Origin: Peribolospora baueri
Taxonomy: Eukaryota
Direction of reading: 5' to 3'
NCBI GenBank assembly: GCA_029717555.1
Contig: JAMDHS010000079.1
Span: 1-64,000 of the forward strand
DNA length: 64,000 bases
Below, in pieces: positions 11,601 through 22,350 of the stretch (position 1 is its first letter; each line of letters begins with the position of its first letter). The translations under genes were made by a program, and so were the position numbers. The notes beneath the pieces were generated by a model. The model made no database searches and had not been told where the DNA came from. It saw only the letters and a program-made list of their open reading frames with translations.

Positions 11601-14600
11601 CCCAGCCAGTTCGACGCCCTCGCGTCTTTCCGCTTCGCGCACGGAGCCGGATCACCTCCGCGGCCGTCAAACTCGGCGGCGAGCATCGAAGGTCCGATGC
11701 GGGACGACCAGGTCCCCAAACCTGCCTTCAACCCTGCGGCCAAAGAGTTCACTTTCAAGGCCCACGCTCCGCCTTTTATGCCCACGCTGGGCCGATCGGC
11801 GGGCAAGGCCATCGCCGCCGCCGCCGCCGGCAGTGGCGAGCAGCCTTCGGCGATGGACACGTCGCGATTCAGCTTCACCGTGGACAACGTCCAACGTCCA
11901 TCGCAGAACCGAGGCCCTCCCGCGGCAGCAGCCGTTCCTGCTGCCGATCACGCGCCGCTCGTGCACAAGCCCACCAGCAAGGCCATCCCCATCGTGCGGC
12001 CGGATTCGGCTGGGCGGGGAGACAGTCAGGGCCAGCGGGCGGAGGAGAAGGAGATCGGGTTTAGCCCTTCGAGCCCCAACAAGGAGAACACTCGCCCCGG
12101 CCTACTTACCGTCTTCAGCAATCAGCTTCAGGCCGCTCGCTCCGTATCTCCGATTCCCGAGCGCTCGGAGCCTCCCTCGAGCCCTATGCGCCCCACGTCC
12201 GCCTTCCGTCCACCTCTACAGGTGCAGCGGCAGTCTCAAATCGCCAGTGTCTCGAGCGCTCAGGCCACCGGCGTGCGCACGCCAATGGACGACGTCAACT
12301 CGTTGGAGACGATGAGCGACGCTTCGGAGATCGACACCGACGAACTGATCGAGGAGCTCGGCGAGCGCGTCGAGAAGAGCCTCGAGGGCTGGGCAGCCAA
12401 GATCCTCGACGAGGTCACCATCCTCGGCCAAGTCCGGCCGGCGCTGAGCGCTTCCATGGACATCTTTGAGAGAGACGCTCTCGTGGATGGCTTTGCCGTG
12501 CGGGTCGAGAAGATGATGGAGGCGTACCACAGCAGGCTCGCTTCGCTTCACGAGAAGACGACGAAGGCGACGGCGGCGGCGACCGCTGAGGCCGTCGCGG
12601 CCAAGCTACCGCCCCCTTCTTCGGCCGCCTTGATCACATCGACTCCCGCGACTGCCGCGCCGGTCCCCGCTCCTCCCAGGACGAAGGAGCTGGACGCGGA
12701 GGGCGAGCTCGACTTCGACTACGTCCAGGAGGTTCTCGAGGGCATGAATAAGAGCCTCATCCGCGAGATGACCGACGTCATCCTTGCCGCGCGCCCGCCC
12801 CAGCATCCTCCGGCCGAGCTGAGCTTCGAGGCGTCCGAGAGCCTCTCCAACTTAGTCACCAACAAGCTCCGACCGCTCTTTGCCAGCGTAGAGCAGTTGG
12901 AGAAGGGACAGAGGCAGGAGATTGTTGACGCCGTCGAGTCCATCCTCGAGGAGAACTTCCAGCGCTCCCAGGTCAAGGCCGCCGCGGAGCGACAGGAGGT
13001 TGCTCATGTCATGGCGGACCGCATCGGGGAGCGATTGACGGTGTTCGAGCGGATCCTCGGCGAGGAAAGGGAGACCGGGAGGGAGCAGACGGCCGCTCAG
13101 CTCATCAACAGCCTTTTGCCCCACCTCGATTCGCTCAAGTCTGATACGGTTGATCCCGACCAAGTCGCCGCTCGCGTCGTGGAGATTCTCGCGCCAATGA
13201 TCAAGGGCATCACCGAGACCTGGGGCGAACAGCGTGCTCTTCCGACGCCGTCTCCCAGCTTCGACAGCAGCTTCAACTCGGCTCACAGCCGCGAGGAGTT
13301 GTCGGACACGGTCGTGGAGAAGATGCTTCCCTTCCTCAACGCCATCAAGATGGACCCGATCGACACCGACACTCTCGTGAAGAAGGTGGCCGAGATCGTA
13401 GCTTCCCGGTCGATCGAGCATCTCGTCGACTTAAGCCCGGTCACCGCTTTGCTCGAACCGCTCGTGGCCAAGCAGGACGAAGTCAGGCGCGTAAGCAAGG
13501 CGCTCCTGGCGCAACACCACGAGGTCGAGAGCACGCTCGGCTCCCTCCCAGGCGCTATTAACGCGAAGACGGAGATATTCCTCGCCTCCAGTCAGGAGGC
13601 GCTCGACAAGCAAGAGGAGGCGCTCAACAAGCAAGACGTTGTGTTGGCCGAAATCAGGCAGCTCAAGGAGCTATCAAGGGCGTCCTCGGATGACCGCGTG
13701 CAACGGCTAGAGGACGAGCGTGAGCGCCTGATCGCCAAGATCGAGGAGATGCGAGCCGCGGCAGTGGCCAAGGAGTCGGAATCAGCCGACCTGCGGGAGA
13801 AGCTCAGCGCGGCGGAAGGCGTCAACGAGGAGCTGCGCACCTCGCTGGAAAAGCTCGAGGGCCGCCTCGGCGCTGCTGAGAACGACGTGGGCGAGCTGAC
13901 TGCCAAGCTCGAGTCCTTCCGCGAGCGCGAGGAGCAGTGGCACGAAGCCGAGCGCGAGAGGGAGAAGCACGTGGGCGAGCTCAACGTGCACATTGCGGAA
14001 CTTCGTTCCGAGAAGGACAGCAGTCGACGCGAGGCCGAGGTCGTAGCACGCGAGCTGCAAGAGCTTCGACAGGACGCTGAAGTTCGAAGACGAGAAGCCG
14101 AGCAAATGCGCAGTGAGCGCGCCGCCGAAAGGGAGGAGGCGGCGAAGGAGAAGGCGGATTGGGTGGAGGAGCGGGCTGAATGGGTCAAAGCGCGAGCCGA
14201 CTTTGCCCAGGAGAAGAACGGCTGGACCGCCCAGCAGAACGCCTGGGTGCGTGAACGGGAGGAGTGGGCTCAAGAGAAGGCTGAGTGGAGCAAGGAGCGG
14301 GCCGAGTGGGTCAAAGAGAAGGACTTCTGGGCCCAGGAGCGCGCCGAGATGGCCAAGCAGCTTCAACAGGCCCGCGGCGCCGAGAGCGAGCTCCGTCAGA
14401 CAGTCAAGACCATGGAGAAGGAGCGCGCCAGCGCCGAAAAGGAACGCACCAAGGAGGACAAGGAGCGGCAGGTCGAGATGCGCGAGTTGGTAGAGCGCAG
14501 CAAGACTCTCGAGGGCGAGACATCTGCGCTTGTGAAGCGTATCGCCAGTCAGGATGAGAAGATTGGCAACCTGCAGCGAGTTACAGCTACGCAGAAGCAG

Positions 14601-15308
14601 CAGGCCGCGCAGGCGCAGCAGCGCCTCTCTGAGGCGGACAAGAAGACGCGCGACTATGAGGACAAGACGAGGGAGCTCGATATTTCTAAGGTCAAGATCG
14701 ACGAGCTTACACGGCGCCTCGAGGACAAGGAAGGCGTTGAGGCGAAGTTGAAAGCCAGTCAAGAGTCTGAGAATGTGAGCCGTTCGTCCGAGCGTCTGTC
14801 GCCATCGGAATTGCGGCGCGTTGCTGACCTAGACGTCTCTGTTTCTTTCTGGCAGAAACTGAGGGAAGAGCTCTCTACATACCACAACCGCTTCCTCGAG
14901 CTCGAGAAGGACCTCATCACAATGAAGGAGAACCTGGTGGGTCGGGACGAGCTTGAAGCAGCCCAAGCCGAGCTTGCCGCCGCTCGCGAAGAGTGTGCCC
15001 AGCTCCGAGGACAGCTCGCTGCCATTCCTCCGCCGCCGCCGCCCCAAAACCTGAATGGTCTCGCGCCGCCGTACAACAACAAGATGACCGGTCAGTTTGG
15101 CGCCTATCCTGGATTCACTTCGCCTCAGACTTCCAACGGCGCTGTGGTCAGTCCTACCCCGTCATCTTGGGCGTTCATGCGGCCGAGCGGAGGCTGGACG
15201 CCCAGTAGATCCGTTTCTCCCGTCAAGCCGAGCTTCCACGGCTCCCCGTCCATTGCCGAGACGGCGACGTCGGAGCGCACGCTTGATGAGAGTGGATGGT
15301 GGAGTTGA
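8693..15308 (+). CDS. upa2: Upa2-like multi-PAM2 protein with long coiled coil and C-terminal GWW motif (endosomal mRNA transport scaffold)
   Basis: ATG at 8693; introns 9785-9857 and 14775-14855; about 2150 aa. PAM2-like motifs SLNARAPEFVFG, GLSATAPEFTP, AFNPAAKEFTF and KAHAPPFMP, an extended coiled coil, and the ending ...LDESGWWS* match the architecture described for Ustilago maydis Upa2. Confidence 0.85.
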
Positions 15309-15782
15309 GCTCGCCCAGTCGCGCACCACTAGCGTGTCGTTCGTTACCCTTCCTTCCCTTCGTTTTCTTCCCATTGCTACCCACCTAGCTTAATTTCGTG
15401 CCGCCTCTGACGGCCAGGTCCACGTTTCGATTGCATTCACACGTTTGGCCCACCTTCAGCGCGCACACGTGATACCATGTTCACCGCTCCTTTTCTGGTC
15501 TCTGCATGGAATATTATTCCCTCGATCGGGCGTTGGACCAAAATGAAGTTTGATATCGCCCACCTTGATTAATTTATGAGGGAGGCAGACCGGTGTGGGG
15601 CACAAGGGGATGCTGATGCGTTAACTCATAACGAGATTGCTCTCCTGTACGCTCCGAAAGCCTCGTCGCTCTCTACCAAGACGAACGTGTCGCTCTGGTT
15701 CAGGTCGACAAAACATACGAACAAACAGAGAGAGGAAGGCGAAAAGGACCCGGAGGGAATGGGCAAGGTAAGGTAAATGAAG

Positions 15783-18003
15783 TTAGGCACGAATCACGAA
15801 GTAAACCTCAGGAATCCGGGGTTCGTCCCATCGTCGAAGCCGGACATCAACACCCACGTCATCGCCCGTCGAAGGCGTCATCGGAATGTCTCGCTGGATC
15901 TGTGCAAGCAAACAAGGCGTTTCGAAATTTCTTCAGCGACAGGAATACCATAGAGACGCATGGCAACACTTGCCGGCTTGACAGACTCACGAGCCAGACT
16001 CTAGCGCCGAACCCGATCTGCCGAAGATCGGGTGAACAGCTCTCGGCCAAAGCTTGCATCTCGGCTTCCCAATAGTCGATACCCGTGCCAGACCCGGCGA
16101 GGATGTGGAGGGACTCGAGATTGGAAAGGCGGGATAGATGGGAGCATAGCGTATCCTGATCACCGAGGCGGGGCGTCAGCCAGAAATGAATCGGTGTCTC
16201 AACGACGGGAGCTGAGGCAATGAAGAAAAGAGAGAGAAATGCAGCTCACGAGATCGTTCTCGAAAAGCTGCACCACGAGGTCCCTAATGCCTTTGCCTCT
16301 CTCCGCAATATTACGGACCTGCTCCAAACTGACAAGGACGCTGTGGATGACGAGCTTCCTGAGCTTTGGTCGGTCCATCAGCGCGTCTAGGAGATGATAG
16401 TCGAACAGGGGAAGGCCTCTCGGTTCGAGGCTCAGATTGGCCATGGCCTGAGCCAGTTGGATTTGCGCCGTAGGACTAGTCGCACTCTGGGGGGCGCTCC
16501 ACGCGGTCGACGTAGGAACGGGCCCCGGCGAAGTTTGAGGGGTTGGAGCGTGTGCGACGGCAAGTCGTGGAAGGGAGTGACCGATAGCAGCGTTGACGGA
16601 GCCTACCGGCGGGATCGGCTGAGCGGCAGCTGGCGTCTTTCCAGAGGAATAATGCGTAAACGACTCGAGGTTGGGGCATGCGGACACGAGCGCACATAGG
16701 GAAGCGTAGAAGTCCGCGGCGATGACGGAGGACTTGGGGTACGTGATCGACAGTAATCGTAGCTTGGTTAGGTGAGCTGATGCTTGGACTAGCAAGGATG
16801 GTTGCTGTGAGGACAAGGAAGGAAAAAGCCACAACGCTCGTGGTTGACTTAACTGACTTCTGCGCTTGAGAGGTGCAAAAAAGGCTCACGATGGAAAGGT
16901 GCTCTAATGCCAGCTCTCGCATGCCGTCACGAGAGCCATTGAGGATCGGCAAAACGCCTTGGCCGGTCACGGCTTTGCAACCAGCCAAAGATAATCGAGT
17001 GAGTTGGGGAAGGTAAGGGGCCATAGCAATGAGCAGGTCGTCCGTAATGATAGAGGAATCCTAAAAAATAGAAAGAAAGGAGGAGACTCAATGAGCTAAG
17101 ACGTTGTTGATGCTCGCCCCATCTATGTTGACGTACCTTGCAAAGGATCGTGAGGCCCTCGAGACCGCCTTCTCCTTTCTCCTGATCGGCTTCATATAAC
17201 CGTTGAACCATTAGGGGCAAAGCTTGGGCAACTCTCCGGTCCGGCATGACCACTCCGAAGTTTTTGATCCCTTTTAGGTGACAGAGCTGTTCCGGATCCC
17301 ATGTTCTCGAGTCGCCGTTCAGCTCTAGCGTCTCGAGAGAGGGTAGAGAGCTGATGATAGTCCGCAAGAGTCGGTCATTCCTGCAAGATAAACAAAGAAG
17401 ACAGGAGATCAAGCGTGAGAAACATATCCACTGTAATGCAGAAAGAGCCTTCCTCAACAAAACTTAACAATGAGCCTGTCCTCGTCCAAATCAATCGTCG
17501 CAAGTTCCTTGCATGTTGCAATGTCCGCTCTATGTCGATCTCTAATTGCTCCAGCCTCTCAGCGCACAGCCCAAACGGAAAGACGCGTAGCTCTGTCAAA
17601 AGATAAACGGGGAGGCGTCTATGTGATTGAATGCAATGAGCAGGACTAAGAGCGATAAACTCACCGATATTTCTAAGGTACTTTGCATACTCCGGCTTGC
17701 TCCCCAGGGTGGTGAACACCTTCAAGACCCTCCTCTGATCTCGCAGCCATAAGCGCTCATAGAGGAGTGGCAGTGCAAACTAAAAAGAAAAAGCGCAAAC
17801 CGGAAGGCAATTAGTGATCAGTAGGCAGATGTTTGAAAGGAGCCCCGCCCAAGCCATTGCGCGAAGAAAAAGCGCGGCGCGCTCACGGTCTGGAGAAGTT
17901 TGCTCGTTCGACAGCACGCTGCGAGGTCAGCGACGCGGTGTCTGAGATGAGAGAGCACTTCGGGCAGGATCTCGACCGGCAAGTCCTGGAAGGTCAGCGC
18001 CAT
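15783..18003 (-). CDS. F-box / leucine-rich-repeat (RNI-like) protein
   Basis: N-terminal F-box FQDLPVEILPEVLSHL...LAACCRTSK; LRR-like segments LPSLETLELNG, LPQLTRLSLAGC and CPNLESF; multiple GT-AG introns; last exon ends ...PEVYFVIRA* at 15783. Confidence 0.85.
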
Positions 18004-18087
18004 GCTTGGCGTACATCGAGGGCGATGGCAAGCAGATGTGAGGTGAGAGCAGCCGTGCTCAGTCATGTGCGGAGCGATCATGCTTAG

Positions 18088-18580
18088 TCAGCCATGAGAT
18101 AAGTTGGGCGGCACCTGTTGGGGACTCGTCATTCCGCTGACCATCTTGACCATTTTCTTTACGTTATCAACGTCGCCTAGGTGTCCAAGGCGCTTGTGCA
18201 AGGTTTTGAGCTTGCCGCTTTGCTCCTTGGCTGGGTAAGCTCGTGTCTTGTCATCGTCGACTTGGCAGGCCGTTCCTTCGAGCTTGTAGATTCCGTTGCT
18301 GGCCACTCCGGTCGCAACGACCCTTTTTGGCCTTGTTTGCATGAAGCTGATGATTCCGTTCTTGCTTTCCACCTTCAGATGGTGTTGCTTGGGCTCCCTT
18401 ATTGAAATGAGGTTTACTGTCATACCAGGGACGTATAGAACGTCACTCAGAAGAACGTCATTACCCTGCTTGGTCCTGAACTTGACACATCCCTTGCCGA
18501 CGGCTTGCAGCTCTTGTCCGCTCCAAAGATGATCGTCCTCGTCTTCTTCAAATTCTGGAGTCCCCTGACTACGTCTACTT
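18088..18580 (-). mobile_element. Ty1/copia pol fragment (protease C-terminal part plus GAG-pre-integrase), frameshifted relic
   Basis: Translates as LQAVGKGCVKF...LLSDVLYVPGMTVNLISI...NGIYKL...LHKRLGHLG, typical copia motifs; no integrase or RT follows. Confidence 0.85.
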
Positions 18581-19270
18581 CAGCCGTCATGACAGAAGGA
18601 TCATCCACCAGACGACGCCGAGGTACACACCTCAGTGGAATGGAGTCGCCGAGAGGGCGAACCGCACTTTGATGGAGAGTCCCCAACAGCACCTAAACGT
18701 CATTTTGACTTGTAGTCGCCCAAACTAGTCTCATTCTCCACTAAGCTGCAATGCCTCATCACAGTCTCAGCGCCTCGTTATCTAGAGAGGCAGCGCGTGC
18801 GATTTCAGCAAGATGGGGAGGCCTTCGTGGCCGTTCCCGTTTTAACAAGCGTCCCTAGAAGTCGCCTGTGTCTCTTCTGCACACCCCGGCTCGCCGGTTA
18901 GCTGCATCTGAAGGCCTCTCATGCACTCACGCCTACGTGGCGGCTAAGAAGCTTTCTAACTTTCAAAGATGCCATGCAGTGACAACCTGTGCACCGGGTG
19001 AAAGGACGACTCGACGAATCAAGCGGAGAACAAGGGGAAGAAGGCTTTGTATCGGGGGCGCGAGGGCGGATACGGCGTGGTCCACCAGGATGGCAAGTCC
19101 ATCCATCAACCTTGCACGTCCACGAAGAGCTTCTAAAGCGGAGACGCTCGCAAGGTTCGCCTTTGGGCCGCAATGCCGCAGGCATCTATTCTCCAATATT
19201 CCATTCCGAGCCCTCTGACCTCATACGCGAAGCCTGAGACCCCGCATCCTTCCGCTCGTTGCTGCTGGTG

Positions 19271-19885
19271 CTAGCGCTGCAGTTGTTGCTTGAGGATGAT
19301 GTCGGCCATGGCGTTGACGACGATCGCATGGTCCTCCTCCTGCTTGAGGCCGCTCACAACGACGGCGCCGATACAGCCGACGCCCTGGACATTGATGGGG
19401 AATCCGCCACCGGCGGCTGCGTACTCCGTCTCTGGCAGGCCAAGCTGCTTTCCCTGGAGGGCAAGGGAGAAGCGGACGCCGATGGAGCTGCGGCCGAAGC
19501 GGATGACCGTGTTGCGCTTTTTGCGCACCCAGTCGTCGTTGCTCGGCGCGCTGCCGTCGAGGGCAGCGTAGTAGACAATGCGTCCAAGGGAGTAGACGCA
19601 GATCGACACACCTTCCTCGCCTGGTGAGCGGGGATAGAAGAGAGAGAGGACGAGGGAGCGGAGGTGGTCGCCAAGTTCGTAGGAGGTGGACGCGGAGAAG
19701 CCGACGGGGAAGACGAGGACTTGTTCGGAGGCAAGGACGGAGACATGAGCGGCGGCCGCCTCCTTCCACCCAGTCGATGCCGAGGAGGAGGCTGCCTTAA
19801 GCTCGGCAAGGCCGCCGCGAACGGACTCAACAACGTCGGAAAAGTGGGTGAGCGACTCGAGCGAGACGGCGGTGCGGTCAGTCAT
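19271..19885 (-). CDS. UPF0303 / YBR137W-like (GlcG/DUF336 heme-degrading-like fold) protein, intronless
   Basis: 204-aa ORF with NDDWVRKKRNTVIRFGRSS and YAAAGGGFPINVQGVGCIGAVVVSGLKQEEDH. Confidence 0.9.
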   Translation of the reverse strand: MTDRTAVSLESLTHFSDVVESVRGGLAELKAASSSASTGWKEAAAAHVSVLASEQVLVFPVGFSASTSYELGDHLRSLVLSLFYPRSPGEEGVSICVYSLGRIVYYAALDGSAPSNDDWVRKKRNTVIRFGRSSIGVRFSLALQGKQLGLPETEYAAAGGGFPINVQGVGCIGAVVVSGLKQEEDHAIVVNAMADIILKQQLQR

Positions 19886-19940
19886 GGTAGAGATGAGAAG
19901 CGACCGTACTCGATCGCACGGGCCTCCCTATCACCATGAG

Positions 19941-19956
19941 CACGTGATGGCACGTG
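19941..19956. promoter_or_regulatory. Two tandem CACGTG (E-box, bHLH/Cbf1-type) sites upstream of the UPF0303 gene
   Basis: CACGTGATGGCACGTG lies 56-71 bp upstream of the ATG at 19885. Confidence 0.4.
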
Positions 19957-20153
19957 TCGCGCAGCCACGACCACGGGTGCATGCTTCGACTACCAGAATT
20001 TGAAGTAGTCCCTCATCCCGTGTCCGTAAGGCCATGGACCTTGGTACTCGCAACGCCGCAAAGCCCACCCTAGTTAACTATGGCCCACCAAGTTAACGTA
20101 CACACACGGACGTCGTAGCAGGTGATAAAGCAGCACAACGGACGGTGCAAAGG

Positions 20154-22000
20154 TCACAGGTCTGCAAAGAAGTCGTTCTTCTTCTTAGGCTTCGGGTCTT
20201 CCTTCCCCCCTTTTCGCCTGCGCTTCTTTTTGGGCTTCACGCTCGTGTCCGATCCATCGCTGTCCTCCTCGTCCACTGGTCCGGATGCAGAGGGAGCAAT
20301 AGCCGGCGATGCTGCAGCGTCGTCTGAGTCCTTGTCTGCCTCAGATGAAACATCGTCCTTCTCCTTGTCTTCCTCGTCCTCGCTATCGGGCTCCAGCAGC
20401 TCCTTCATGTCCGTAATCTTGATCACTTTGTCATGTCCCAAACTTCCCACCCACCTTCCTCCGTTAGCTTGGACCACGCCATCTCCGTCGACGGGTCCGA
20501 CGCCCAGTCCTTTCCCATCGCCACTGGATCGCTTGATGCGCTCGACGGGCATGTCACTGTGAGAGCCGAGGACGCCAATGAACTTGTGTGGCAAGATTTG
20601 CACAACTCGTAGCAGGCCGTCGGAGGAGCCGGTCAGAATGGTGGAATCGTCGATGGTGACCATTGAGTCGACGCTCGACGGATGGCCCGGGAAGCGATCG
20701 ACGCAGTCTCGCAGTCCCTTCGGCGTGGCCCAGATGGACAGAATGCCGAGTTGCGTCCCCACGACGTATTTTTGTCCGCTGACAGCGGGGAAGTAAATGT
20801 CAGCAGGGAACTCGGCGCTCACATTGAGAAACAAAATGAGTATGTAAGCAGTCAGAAGAAGAAACCGAAACACACCCTTTCACCGCGGTGATGGACAAGA
20901 GCTCGTCTTCCTGATCCTCGCTTACTTCATGCTTATTCGACCGAACGTCGGTAACAGAGAGCGTGCCGTCTCCGCTAGATACGGGAATCCGACGACAAGC
21001 TTAACGTTAGGTCAGGCCACATAGAGAGCCCTCAGGCCTTCCAGGGGCTACGGTTGGCTCTGTCAGTCATTGGACAGCTTCTCATACGCACCTGGTACTG
21101 ATAAGCTGCTTCTTGGCACCGACATACATAAAATCGGAGATCCAGTCGAAGTGTTGAGTGTATTCTCGTACGGTCTCCTTCTTCCTTGTATCCCACAGCT
21201 TGATCACGCCGTCGTCGTCACCCGTCGCAAACTGGTTTGGTGTGAATTGACATAATCGAGATATTGGAGCGCTGGTCGAAGAGCGGGATGTAAGGGGTTG
21301 GGGGCAGCAGATATGGAGGGGAAGAACCAAGCGTGAGGAAAAGCAACGGCTTCCTAGACATCACAACGCAACCTTATGGTATCTGTGTGGTGGACTCTAC
21401 CTGTAATACCCGAAGGACTTCAGCAATGGCCAACTCACTCATGAACGTCTAATCGTTCCTCCATCGTCTTCCCGCTCTCAATGTCCATCCTGAAGATCGC
21501 TTTGTCCTTCGTACCGGCCCAGAGGTGTAGTCCGTCTGACGTGACGAATGGACGATGGAAAGAAAACGTACAGGGAGTAGGATAGAGTAGGAATACATGG
21601 TCAGCTCACGCTCCGCACCAGCGACGTTGCATCGCCCCTGAGAGGAGCGCAAAGGCAGACGCTGCTCACCATGATCCATCTCCAAAGCCCTTATGCTCTT
21701 CTTCGTAGGCCTAGCGGTCCACAGCTCCCTATATCTCTTCTTCTCTGTCTGTCCCACAGCTCCTTCGTCACCATCGTCGTCCTCATCGCTCTCATCAACA
21801 TCGCTCCCATTCAAACTTCGCACGTAGCCACCGGCGCCCCTTCCAGCTCGTTCATTGTCATCGCTCGCCGCCGGATCATCCGAAGCGAGGGACGAGAAAT
21901 CGAACGCGGAGACTTTGCCGTTGATGAGGCCTGCGCAGACGATCGGCCGCGAAGGGTGAAAAGCGAGATCGAAAGCGTCGCTCTTGAGTGGAATGTCCAT
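20154..22000 (-). CDS. JIP5: WD40-repeat protein JIP5/WDR55 (60S biogenesis)
   Basis: Starts MDIPLKSDAFDLAFHP; contains FATGDDDGVIKLWD, HFDWISDF, SEDQEDELLS, DCVDRFPGHPSSVD and TGSSDGLLRVVQILP; acidic/basic tail ending FFADL*; multi-exon. Confidence 0.9.
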
Positions 22001-22350
22001 GGTATTCGGGTTGAAGGCTGGTCAGACCGGTCGGATGACCGACTGACACGGAGAGGTGTTGTAGTGGCTGTCTGGAGGCGCTCTAGCGACTCGAAGGTCT
22101 CGCGAAGATGCTCTCAGCCGCACACGTTCTTCTTGCTGCGGCAGACGTTGACGAACACGGAATGGATGAGTATTGGATGTCCTCGAACAAGACACACTCC
22201 AGCTCTAAAGGTAATAATACAGGCACAATAGCTCTACCCAACCATGACCAAACCCGGAAAGAGGAGGTATAGTCTAAGCGAACGGATTGCACCAGGAGTC
22301 CTGTCTCTCTAGCTTAATCGTAAAAGGAAGCTTTCGGCCACCTTCCCCGC

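Noticed and set aside
13592..14762. Long antisense ORFs (198 and 326 aa) opposite upa2, and similar shadow ORFs elsewhere
   Set aside because: Expected by-product of high GC and codon bias; no recognisable motifs.
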